Shown: positions 52,929 to 61,088 of the stretch, piece by piece
Layout: each line of letters starts with the position of its first letter
How positions within the stretch are numbered: the stretch's first letter is position 1
Sequence record: OQ921725.1
Length of the DNA: 64,000 nucleotides
Strand: one strand, 5' to 3'
The notes under the pieces: model-generated
Databases searched by the model: none
Told to the model about the DNA's origin: nothing
Seen by the model: the letters and a program-made list of their open reading frames with translations, nothing else
Made by a program: the position numbers and the translations under genes

Positions 52929-53387
52929 TCACATCCACACCGGTACGATCCGGTGCCCCTGGTTGGCGTCCAGGAATTCCATCCGTTCCGCCCGGCCGCT
53001 CATCCCCTCCGCGTCCGTCGGCCGGTTCAGGGTCATGCGCAGCCGGGACAACGTGGTCCCTTCCAGAACCGGCGCGTCCCACGTCCACAGGGTGACCAGC
53101 CGAACCGTCTCGGTCGCTTCCGCCTCCCGGCTCTGCGAGACCTCACAGAACGAGCCCGGGATCATGTAGTGCTTGCCGATGCACACGCGCGGCTCGTCCT
53201 CGACCGCCTTGTGCAACAGGTCTTGCATGTGACCGAGGTGATTCGACAGGCCGATGTACCCCTGCCAGTCCGGATCCGTCCCGTCGCCCGTCTCGGGGGA
53301 CAGGAACAGGTCGGCCGCGCCCGCACGTCCCGCCGTCCACAGCCACCGCTTGCCCTCCGGGAGCCGGTACAGATACGTGTGCTTCAT
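52929..53387 (-). CDS. hypothetical protein
   Basis: ATGA coupling. Confidence 0.7.
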   Translation of the reverse strand: MKHTYLYRLPEGKRWLWTAGRAGAADLFLSPETGDGTDPDWQGYIGLSNHLGHMQDLLHKAVEDEPRVCIGKHYMIPGSFCEVSQSREAEATETVRLVTLWTWDAPVLEGTTLSRLRMTLNRPTDAEGMSGRAERMEFLDANQGHRIVPVWM

Positions 53388-53692
53388 ACCGGCGTCCTCT
53401 CGTCCATGCCCGGCTCCCGTACGCTCTCCGTGACCCGCGCCAGGAACGCGGCACTCGCCGCCGGGAAGTCGCCCGTCGCCATCGTGGCCCGGATCTCCCC
53501 GTCGTCCTTGACCACCCATACGCCGTAGCGCGGGCGGCCGTTCTCTCCCGTGCGCAGGGTCAGCAGCACACCCGCGAACCCGTAGCCACCGTGGAACACC
53601 TTGAACACGTGATGCACGTCGGCCCGCGCGTCCGCGATCTCGTCACCCGGCTGGATGAACGCTCGCACCCGCTCCGTCGTCGTCGCTCGCAT
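53384..53692 (-). CDS. hypothetical protein
   Basis: GGAAGGGGAAG RBS before ATG 53692. Confidence 0.7.
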   Translation of the reverse strand: MRATTTERVRAFIQPGDEIADARADVHHVFKVFHGGYGFAGVLLTLRTGENGRPRYGVWVVKDDGEIRATMATGDFPAASAAFLARVTESVREPGMDERTPV

Positions 53693-53778
53693 CTCTTCCC
53701 CTTCCCGTGGACCGTCACCACACGGACGGATGCGGGACCGTGGCCCCGCGCCCGCCCGAACAGCGGCGCTCCCTGATC

Positions 53779-54402
53779 TCAGACCGTCGGCCGGTTCGCC
53801 GTGATCAGGTCGAACAGCGGGTGCGGCTCCCACTTCCGGTTGCCGTCGGCGTCCACGCCCGGCGAGACGGGACGCTCACCCTTGCACTCCCGCAGCGTGC
53901 GGCGCAGGGTCGCAATGTCGACGTCCGTGTACGCCCGGATCAGGGCCAGGTCGATCTCCGTTTCCAGCATGATCCGGCGCGTCGCTTCCTGGTTCCCGCT
54001 CCGCCGGGCCGACTCCGCGTGCTCGTCGTTCGTGACCGTGGACAGGGCCAGGCTGAACTCCCAGTACCGCACGGAGTCGTCCACGAGCATCGTGTCCATG
54101 TCGCCCCCGCGCTTCACCGCGCGCAGGATCCGGGACCGCTCGATGATCAGGGCCAGGAACTTCTCCCGGTCCATGCCGTCCTCCCACAGGTCCGACCACG
54201 TCGGCCGGATCCCGCGCACGTCGGCCCCGTTCGCGTAGCTGTGCGCCATGTGCGCCATGTGACGCCACATGGTCACGGCATCCTGCGACTCCTGCCCCAG
54301 GTAGCCGGGCTGTCCCGGACCGGGGCGCCCGTCGTGCTTCCGGCGCGTGTTGCTGAGCAGTTGGGCCAGCATCTCGTGGAACTCGGCAACCGTACGACCC
54401 AT
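53779..54402 (-). CDS. hypothetical protein
   Basis: GGAAGGGAGAA RBS before ATG 54402. Confidence 0.75.
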   Translation of the reverse strand: MGRTVAEFHEMLAQLLSNTRRKHDGRPGPGQPGYLGQESQDAVTMWRHMAHMAHSYANGADVRGIRPTWSDLWEDGMDREKFLALIIERSRILRAVKRGGDMDTMLVDDSVRYWEFSLALSTVTNDEHAESARRSGNQEATRRIMLETEIDLALIRAYTDVDIATLRRTLRECKGERPVSPGVDADGNRKWEPHPLFDLITANRPTV

Positions 54403-54465
54403 GATGTTCTCCCTTCCGGCCGGGCCCGTGTGGGCCCGGCGTCCGTCCATGACTTCCGTGCGTCG

Positions 54466-54747
54466 CTACGCGGCGAGACCCATCCGGTACGGGTCCGGCG
54501 ACCACTCCCGTGTCTGCCCGTCGTGGTGCTCGTACATCACGGTGACGTCGTGAAGCGTCAGCTTCCCGTTCTCCGTCGCGTACGTGGTCCGGATCTCCAG
54601 TTGGGTACCGGAGTTCAGGTTGTTGCGCAGCCTCCCCGCGATCAGGTCGGCCACCTGTTCGTCCGTGGCGTACCGCAGGGGCACGTACTCACCCGTGATG
54701 CACTCCGTGCACCCGCAGTCCCACGGGTCAACGGCGATCAACTTCAC
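54466..54747 (-). CDS. hypothetical protein with Cys motif
   Basis: DPWDCGCTEC; GTG 54747 coupled. Confidence 0.7.
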   Translation of the reverse strand: MKLIAVDPWDCGCTECITGEYVPLRYATDEQVADLIAGRLRNNLNSGTQLEIRTTYATENGKLTLHDVTVMYEHHDGQTREWSPDPYRMGLAA

Positions 54748-55016
54748 AGTCCCGCCTCCCGCCGCATGTGGTCGTACTGCTCCCCGTCGATCACGTTCCG
54801 GTCGAACAGTTCGTCGATCGCCCTCCCGGTGACCCAATCGGCGTTCGTCGGGCGGTCGCCGTCCTTGACCGTCTCCATGAACGCGTAGACCTCCCGGAAC
54901 TCCGGGGTCACGTGGTCCCGGTCCCGGGCGATCGTGCGCAGGACGTCATCCGTCAGCTCCCGCATGTGGAGCGTCCCGGCTTTCGCGCCGGGGGAGTAGT
55001 AGGCGAACTCGTCCAT
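54744..55016 (-). CDS. hypothetical acidic protein
   Basis: ATG 55016. Confidence 0.7.
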   Translation of the reverse strand: MDEFAYYSPGAKAGTLHMRELTDDVLRTIARDRDHVTPEFREVYAFMETVKDGDRPTNADWVTGRAIDELFDRNVIDGEQYDHMRREAGL

Positions 55017-55018
55017 GA

Positions 55019-55456
55019 TCAGATCCCGTTGCTCTCGCGCTTCGGGCCCATGTTGGCCAGCCCGATCATCCCTCGGCACACCCGGCACGTCACGCCCGTG
55101 AGCGCCGTCCCCGACGACCAGACCGACATGCGGTTCCCGAGGTTCCGGGACGCCGGGCACAGGCCCGCCGGAGGTTCGCCGGGCACCATGTTGAGCAGCG
55201 CGTGACCCTGCGTGTCCTTCCCGGGCACCTTGCCGTACTCCTGCGTGCGGAACGTGGCGATCCCGGTGATCAGGACCCCGTCCGCGTTCGGGAAGTGGCG
55301 CCCGCCGTCCGTGTCGTACAGGAACTGTTGCGGTTCCACCCGCCCGTCACCGCTCCCCGGCGTCCAGCCGTCCAGGTCGGCGATCACGAACCCTCCCGCC
55401 GTCTGAATCAGCGAACCCCGCGCGATGTCGTCGATCCTCTGTCGCGTCGTGTCCAT
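55019..55456 (-). CDS. hypothetical protein with C-terminal zinc finger
   Basis: H....LC....VTCRVC; GGAAGGGAGAA RBS. Confidence 0.75.
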   Translation of the reverse strand: MDTTRQRIDDIARGSLIQTAGGFVIADLDGWTPGSGDGRVEPQQFLYDTDGGRHFPNADGVLITGIATFRTQEYGKVPGKDTQGHALLNMVPGEPPAGLCPASRNLGNRMSVWSSGTALTGVTCRVCRGMIGLANMGPKRESNGI

Positions 55457-55480
55457 TCCGTTCTCCCTTCCGTCCGGTCA

Positions 55481-55527
55481 TGCACTGGAATGCCGGTCCC
55501 CCTCCGGCACTCCCGAACGCGACCGCG
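55481..55527 (-). repeat. family-1 intergenic hairpin
   Basis: TGCACTGGAATGCCGG-TCCCCT-CCGGCACTCCCGAACGCGACCGC. Confidence 0.8.
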
Positions 55528-55863
55528 TCAGATCGGGCGTTCGACACAGAGCAAGTCGACCTTGTGCAGGTAGACCGACTCTTCCGTGTCGTCGTCGTTC
55601 TTGAACGTGACCGTGATCGTCCCGGGGTCCGCGTCGCCGCCGGTCCTCTCGACCTTGACGATCTCCCGCATCTGGTCACGGCTCCCGTACGCACGCCACG
55701 TGTCCGTGGGCGGGTGCATGTACCCGGCCCGCGTCCGCGTGATCCGGGGCCGGATGTTCTCGGCGTCCATCCCGCGCAGCCCGATGATCTTCTCGAACTC
55801 CCGCGCGTGCTCACTCGCCCGCGCGAGTGCTTCCCCGGGCTTCAGGTAGTCGTACGTCGCCAT
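55528..55863 (-). CDS. hypothetical protein
   Basis: GGAAAGAGGGAAG RBS. Confidence 0.75.
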   Translation of the reverse strand: MATYDYLKPGEALARASEHAREFEKIIGLRGMDAENIRPRITRTRAGYMHPPTDTWRAYGSRDQMREIVKVERTGGDADPGTITVTFKNDDDTEESVYLHKVDLLCVERPI

Positions 55864-55890
55864 GCTCTTCCCTCTTTCCGTCGTCCGGTC

Positions 55891-55942
55891 GTGCACTGGA
55901 ACGGGCGGGGACGGATCCCCGCACGCTCCCGAACGCGACCGC
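55891..55942 (-). repeat. family-1 intergenic hairpin
   Basis: GTGCACTGGAACG..GCGGGGA..TCCCCGC..CGCTCCCGAACGCGACCGC. Confidence 0.8.
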
Positions 55943-55953
55943 GCTCCGTTGCG

Positions 55954-56331
55954 TCAGTGCCCCGGCGTCTCGGCGAACGAGATCCCGCGCACCTTCAGCG
56001 CCGCCCGGATCCGGTTCTGTGCGGCGGTCGTGGTGGCCGTGTGGCTCACGTTCGGCACCACCCACCCGAACATCGGGATGGTGTACGCGATGGGCGTGTT
56101 GTAGAAGTAGATGATCTTGTCGGCCCGCGCCACCGACTCGTCCCACTCCGAGCCCAGCCACGAACCGGTCCGGCTCCCGGTGCCCCCGTCGGGCGCGTCC
56201 TGCGGGATGACGTCGACCGCGTCCGCTCCGCGCGGGCGCCGTCCGCCACCGTTCAGCGCCTTCCCCTCCCGCAGGACCGTGATGAACGTCTGCCAGCTCG
56301 GAAGGCCCGTGTTGTAAGGGTCACTCGCCAT
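55954..56331 (-). CDS. hypothetical protein
   Basis: Y.IY.Y.TPIA......W.VP...HT.TT..AQ motif; GGAGAGGGAGAAG RBS. Confidence 0.75.
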   Translation of the reverse strand: MASDPYNTGLPSWQTFITVLREGKALNGGGRRPRGADAVDVIPQDAPDGGTGSRTGSWLGSEWDESVARADKIIYFYNTPIAYTIPMFGWVVPNVSHTATTTAAQNRIRAALKVRGISFAETPGH

Positions 56332-56358
56332 GATCTTCTCCCTCTCCGCGTTTCCGTT

Positions 56359-56420
56359 CGGCCTAGGCCGTTGCCCGATCATAGACCGGCTGGAACGCCC
56401 GGAGGACCCGGGCGCTCCCG
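56359..56420 (-). promoter_or_regulatory. family-1 hairpin, -10 TATGAT and operator CGGCCTAGGCCG
   Basis: Operator 56359-56370; GGCTGGAACGCCCGG..CCGGGCGCTCCCG 56388-56420. Confidence 0.7.
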
Positions 56421-56444
56421 TCTGCCTACATCGTGACCTGTTCG

Positions 56445-56978
56445 TTACTTCCGGGGCATGTCCGCGATGCGGGTCAGCATCTCCGATACGTCGCCGTCGG
56501 ATCCGTCCCCGACCGTCGTGCGCTCCGGGTAGTGCTGCGCCGTGTCGTCGAACACCCACCCGTGCCGGTCCGCCGCGTCCTCCCGGATCGCCGCGAACTC
56601 CGAGTGAATGAACCCGGATTCGTCCAGCTTCGACGAGACCGACACGCCGCGCCCGTTCGCGCACCACAGCTTCACGGCCGCGCCCCGTTCGCCGTTCCCG
56701 TCCACCCATGTGCGCGGGCCGTCCACGCTCACGCTGTGGCGCAGGGACATGCGGGCGCCCATGTTGATCAGCTCCCGCGCCATGTGGTCGGCCAGGGTCA
56801 TCCCGTCGGCCACGACGTCCACCTTCGACCGGTCGACGTCGTACCCCTCGACCATGAGCCACGAGCGCACGGCCGCGACCGCTTCCGCGCGTCCCGGCGC
56901 TTCGAACTCCCGCACGTGATACGCGCCGAACCCGGAGCCCTCCCGGTAGACCGTGATCTTGATTCCGTACGGCTTCAT
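56445..56978 (-). CDS. hypothetical protein
   Basis: GGATGGGAGAA RBS before MMKPYG. Confidence 0.75.
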   Translation of the reverse strand: MKPYGIKITVYREGSGFGAYHVREFEAPGRAEAVAAVRSWLMVEGYDVDRSKVDVVADGMTLADHMARELINMGARMSLRHSVSVDGPRTWVDGNGERGAAVKLWCANGRGVSVSSKLDESGFIHSEFAAIREDAADRHGWVFDDTAQHYPERTTVGDGSDGDVSEMLTRIADMPRK

Positions 56979-57015
56979 CATTCCCGTTTCTCCCATCCGT
57001 CGGTCCCGATAAGCA

Positions 57016-57052
57016 GGCTGGAACGCGCGGGCCCCCTTCCCGCGCGCTCCCG
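57016..57052 (-). repeat. family-1 intergenic hairpin
   Basis: GGCTGGAACGCGCGGG..CCCGCGCGCTCCCG. Confidence 0.75.
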
Positions 57053-57070
57053 TCCGCCGATCCGGCCGGA

Positions 57071-57475
57071 CTACTTCTTGATCTTCACCCCGAGCGCCTG
57101 GCAGTCCCACACGCCGACGGTCCCGGCGATCGAGAGCATGCGGGTGTGGTTGCGGTAGTTGTCGTACGCGACGTCGAACAGGCCGTCGATGATCCCGGCG
57201 CGGGTGTGGCCGGTGCTGGTCGCGTCCTTGCAGAACGCCTTGCGGTCGGCCTTGCTCACCGCGCCGCCGTCGATGTACCGGAACCACAGGTTGACCCCGT
57301 CCAGGACCGTCCCGGTCTTCAGGCACTTCGCGTCGTACGCCTTCTGTCCCCGGCTCCCGGTCTCGCAGATCGACTTGACGGCCGGACGCTTGACCGACGG
57401 GGCCGCTTCCGCGCTCCCGCTCAGCGAGAACAGGGCGACGAGACCGGCGAGGATTCCCGCGAATGCTGCACGCAT
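57071..57475 (-). CDS. secreted protein with three-plus Cys
   Basis: Signal peptide MRAAFAGILAGLVALFSLSGSAEA. Confidence 0.8.
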   Translation of the reverse strand: MRAAFAGILAGLVALFSLSGSAEAAPSVKRPAVKSICETGSRGQKAYDAKCLKTGTVLDGVNLWFRYIDGGAVSKADRKAFCKDATSTGHTRAGIIDGLFDVAYDNYRNHTRMLSIAGTVGVWDCQALGVKIKK

Positions 57476-57536
57476 GTTGATCTTCTCTCTTTCCGAACCA
57501 ATGGGCCCGATCCGATGTGACCGGGCCCGCAGTGCC

Positions 57537-57597
57537 GGGCGGCACTCCCGGCGCCCCGGTCCGTTCCCGGACCGGTTCGCCTAGGGCGTCTCCCCGA
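57537..57597 (-). repeat. family-2 intergenic hairpin
   Basis: GGCGGCACTCCCGG..CCGGTCCG/CGGACCGG..GCCTAGGGCGTCTCCCCG. Confidence 0.7.
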
Positions 57598-57599
57598 CG

Positions 57600-57983
57600 T
57601 CAGAGTTCGCTGATCATGTCCCCGTACCGCGCCACATCACCCGGCGCGATCCGGTGACCGTCGACCTCCCACTTGAGCAGACCGCGCGCCGCCTCATGGA
57701 ACGGCATGCGGGACAGGGAGGCGAGACGCGGGCGCGGGCGCCCGCTGTGGTCCCGGTCCGTCACGTGGCCGGGCTTGCGCACGGTGAAGGTGTAGACCCT
57801 CCCGTCGGTCATCTCCGCCACGCCCCGCGCGATGCAGTTCGGGTCACCCGGCATCATGTCGAACGTGATCTCCCGGGCCACCGTGTGGCCGGTCACGTCC
57901 TCCCCGCGCCCGTACTCGTACCCGTTCGGCCCGTACGGCGCCGCCGTGTCCCACCACACACCGCGCGTCATGGATTCCCGCAT
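57600..57983 (-). CDS. hypothetical protein
   Basis: GGAAGGGAGAA RBS. Confidence 0.75.
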   Translation of the reverse strand: MRESMTRGVWWDTAAPYGPNGYEYGRGEDVTGHTVAREITFDMMPGDPNCIARGVAEMTDGRVYTFTVRKPGHVTDRDHSGRPRPRLASLSRMPFHEAARGLLKWEVDGHRIAPGDVARYGDMISEL

Positions 57984-58015
57984 GATCCCGTTTCTCCCTT
58001 CCCGATGTTCCTGTC

Positions 58016-58055
58016 TGACCTAGGCCACGTACCGGATGCTAGCGCATCCGGGCAA
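58016..58055 (-). promoter_or_regulatory. promoter TTGCCC-N18-TACGTG plus operator TGGCCTAGGTCA
   Basis: TGACCTAGGCCA 58016-58027; inverted repeat CCGGATGC/GCATCCGG in the spacer. Confidence 0.7.
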
Positions 58056-58437
58056 CACGCTGGAACGTCCCCGACTCCACGGCCAGACGCAGCCACGCCA
58101 GACGGACCGATTCCATGTCACCGCGCGGGCCGGTCGCGTACTCGTCGCCGTCCGCCGTGATCACCACGCCCCGGTAGCTGGGCACGGTCTCGGCCGCGTC
58201 CCGGAATCCGTCGCGCTCCACGGCCACGGCCACGGCGCGCACCCGGCGGGGTCCCGGGACCTTGACCGACTCCGGCAGGTTGACGCGCATCCCGGCCACC
58301 AGGATCAGCGGGCCGTCAACCTTGCGCGTCGGGGTCCCGCCGATGAACTGGACCGCTCCCGCACCCGTGTTCATCCCGACCCCGGGGGAATCCTCCCGGA
58401 CGTCGCCCCCCAGCTTTTCCAGCGTGACAGCACTCAT
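58039..58437 (-). CDS. hypothetical protein
   Basis: GGAAGAGAGAGG RBS. Confidence 0.75.
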   Translation of the reverse strand: MSAVTLEKLGGDVREDSPGVGMNTGAGAVQFIGGTPTRKVDGPLILVAGMRVNLPESVKVPGPRRVRAVAVAVERDGFRDAAETVPSYRGVVITADGDEYATGPRGDMESVRLAWLRLAVESGTFQRVARMR

Positions 58438-58535
58438 GATCGTTTCCTCTCTCTTCCCGTGTCTCGTCCCTCACTCCCGGACGATTCGGCCGGAACCCCG
58501 CCGGGGCGGAGTCCGACCGGACCGCACGGCCGTGA

Positions 58536-59243
58536 TCAGCGGCAGAGTGCTTCCGTCGTACCGTCGTTCTTGACCTCCCACCAGCAGTCACCGGAGGGGA
58601 GTTCCGACAGGCTCACGGTCACGCGGTTCGGGTCGTCCTCCCGCTTGATCAGCGACCCGTCTTCCATGACCGTGATCCCGTACGGGTTGGCGTTCAGTTC
58701 CCGCAGCGCCACGTCACACGCGGCCGGACCGTTCCCGCACTCCGACCACGCCTGCCATGCGAGGTATCCGCCCTCGATGATCAGGTCACGCTCCCGGTCG
58801 TCCGTCGCCGAGACTCCGGCCGGGGGCGCGGGGGACTCCGCCGCGTTCGCGTCGCTCCCGCCGAACAGTCCCAGGGTCCACCCCATGACCAGCAGGACCA
58901 CCACGCACGCCGCGCCGACGAGCCCGTACACGATGCGCTCCGGCAGAGTCAGCCGCTCGCTCCCGTCGGTCGGCATGGTCGCCCACGGCTCACGCTCCGG
59001 GGCCGCCGGGATCTCCCGGGGGAAGGACGCCAGGGACCCGCGTGCGTCCCTCTCCAGCTCCCGCACGATGCCCGCGAACTCCCGGGCCGCCGCACCCTCC
59101 GAACGCGCCGCACGGTACCGCGCCGCCGCCGCGCCGAACGTCTCCCAGAAGTGCCCGCACATGTCCGAGCGGAGCCGGTCGAACTCCGGCGTCAGCCGCT
59201 CCCGCGCGTCCTCGATGTCCTGCGCAACCGTGATCGTGCTCAT
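58536..59243 (-). CDS. single-pass membrane protein
   Basis: TM IVYGLVGAACVVVLLVMGWTLGLF; Cys-containing C-terminal domain. Confidence 0.8.
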   Translation of the reverse strand: MSTITVAQDIEDARERLTPEFDRLRSDMCGHFWETFGAAAARYRAARSEGAAAREFAGIVRELERDARGSLASFPREIPAAPEREPWATMPTDGSERLTLPERIVYGLVGAACVVVLLVMGWTLGLFGGSDANAAESPAPPAGVSATDDRERDLIIEGGYLAWQAWSECGNGPAACDVALRELNANPYGITVMEDGSLIKREDDPNRVTVSLSELPSGDCWWEVKNDGTTEALCR

Positions 59244-59324
59244 GTCCCGTGTTCCCCTTCCCGATGGGCCCCGGGGATCTCCCGGGGCCCGTGATCCTGC
59301 GTGATCGATTCCGGACCGTGCGGA

Positions 59325-61088
59325 CTACTCCGCGCGACCGCTCCGGCGCGTGTGCTTGTTGCCGTTCGGGGCAGGCTTGCGCGTCCCCTTCGGCTCGAAC
59401 TCCGGGCGGAGCGCATGCGTCACGCTCCCGTTCACCGTGCCCTCACTGAACGATCCGACCGACGCGGCCTTACGCGCCTCCCGCTTGACCGACGCGGGCA
59501 GAATCTCGCCGCTCTCGATCTTCGCTTCCCGCACCGCGTCCCGCTTCGCCTTACGGTCCCGCAGCACCGCGCCGACCTTTGCCGAGTGGCGACGACGCCA
59601 CCCGCGCGACTTGCCCGCGTGAGCGATCTCCGGCAGTTCCTCGCAGATCACGCACTCACGGCCGGTCACCTCCGGGTCAATCCCGGGCCGGACCATGGCG
59701 GGAAGCGAACCGGTCCCGGCCACCCCCACCCATCCCTTGGGCTGCACGGGCGCCATGTTCTGACTCCCGGTCGTCGCGCTCCCGTCCACCGAACCGTGAC
59801 CCCGGGACAGTGCGAGCCGCGCACCCTTGCGCACCGTGGCGCCCGTGTCCGCCCCGCCCTTGAACTCCCGCGCGTCCGCGCCCCGCTCTTCGATCTCCGC
59901 CGCGCGCCGCTTGTCAGCGGAGGCAGGGTCACCGGGCACGCTCCCGTGTTCCACGGTCTCAATCGACTTGGACGACAGGCCCTTACCGGCCGGAGTCGCG
60001 ACCCCGCCCACGTTGTGCTTGCCGATCTTGTCGACGTCCGCGCCCGTGGCCTCCCGCACTTCCAAACCGTTGTGCTTGCGCATGCCGCCCTCACGGCTTA
60101 CCGCGATCACCCGGGCGCACTCCGGGCACTTGCCGGAGTGCTTGCCGCTGTAGTCGTCGGCGACGCTCACCGTGTGGTCATCCCGCATGACGCGCGTCCC
60201 GGGCGCCGGAGCCGAACCGGTCCCCTCGCACTTGATCTTGGACACCTTCGGGCCGGATTCCTTGCCTCCCGCACCCCCGGGCAGAAGCGGAATGTACGTC
60301 GTGCACTCCGGGCACTTCCCGTGCGTCCGCTCCGGGTTGACCGTGGAAACCTCACCCTTGAACGTGCAGACCAGAATTTCGGCCGCACTCCCGGAAACCG
60401 TCCCGCTTGCCAGGCTCACCGTTCCGGGCGCGGGCAGTGCCGCAATCTCCGGGGAGACCGCACCGCCGTTCGCGTAGAACGTCGCCGTTTCCTCCCGCAT
60501 CTGTGCGAGCGTCTTACCGGTCGACGCGATGATCTCCGGGCCGCTCCCGTCCGCCGGGGGGTCAACCGGGGCGGAGTCCTCCCGCTTGTCTGCCCCCTTG
60601 ACCTCCCGCGCCGCCGCCTGATCTGCGAGCCGCTTACGCTCCCGCGCCACGGCCGCGCCCCGCGTCGACTTGCGAACCGCGCCCTTGACGTCCGCCGGAG
60701 TGAGTTCCCGCACGGCCGGAGCGGAGTCCTCCCGCGTGTCCGTTCCGTTCACCTCCGCCACGCTGAACAGTTCGGCCATGTCATCGGCGCCGAACTCCCA
60801 CGCGTGACGCTCCGCACGGGCCGATTCGAGCGCAGCGCTCCCGTCCGCCGTGGCCAGCCACTCGACACACTTCGGGCACCGCTTGTCACCCTGAAACTTT
60901 TCCGTGGCCTTTTCCGTCGGGAGCGAACTCCCGCACGCCCGGACGATTCGCGCGCCGCTCCCGCCCAGCGGGTCACCCTGGCAACCGGCCGGAATGAACA
61001 CAGCGTGTCCCGCGCCCCGCTCCCCCTGTCCGTACATCCGGGCGAAACCGTCACCCGAAACCGCCAACACCTTGCCCGCAACGTTCAT
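59325..61088 (-). CDS. large Ala/Gly-rich protein with repeated CxxC zinc ribbons
   Basis: Start reset to ATG 61088 (GGAAAGCGGGAAG RBS); CPKC, HGKCPEC, HSGKCPEC, CVIC; basic C terminus. Confidence 0.8.
   Translation of the reverse strand: MNVAGKVLAVSGDGFARMYGQGERGAGHAVFIPAGCQGDPLGGSGARIVRACGSSLPTEKATEKFQGDKRCPKCVEWLATADGSAALESARAERHAWEFGADDMAELFSVAEVNGTDTREDSAPAVRELTPADVKGAVRKSTRGAAVARERKRLADQAAAREVKGADKREDSAPVDPPADGSGPEIIASTGKTLAQMREETATFYANGGAVSPEIAALPAPGTVSLASGTVSGSAAEILVCTFKGEVSTVNPERTHGKCPECTTYIPLLPGGAGGKESGPKVSKIKCEGTGSAPAPGTRVMRDDHTVSVADDYSGKHSGKCPECARVIAVSREGGMRKHNGLEVREATGADVDKIGKHNVGGVATPAGKGLSSKSIETVEHGSVPGDPASADKRRAAEIEERGADAREFKGGADTGATVRKGARLALSRGHGSVDGSATTGSQNMAPVQPKGWVGVAGTGSLPAMVRPGIDPEVTGRECVICEELPEIAHAGKSRGWRRRHSAKVGAVLRDRKAKRDAVREAKIESGEILPASVKREARKAASVGSFSEGTVNGSVTHALRPEFEPKGTRKPAPNGNKHTRRSGRAE

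Noticed and set aside
43303-57597. CRISPR array or solitary type I-E repeats
   Set aside because: Repeats are separated by whole genes, differ in length and inner sequence, and do not match the type I-E repeat ends; no cas genes are present. An RNA anti-CRISPR role cannot be fully excluded without a repeat database search
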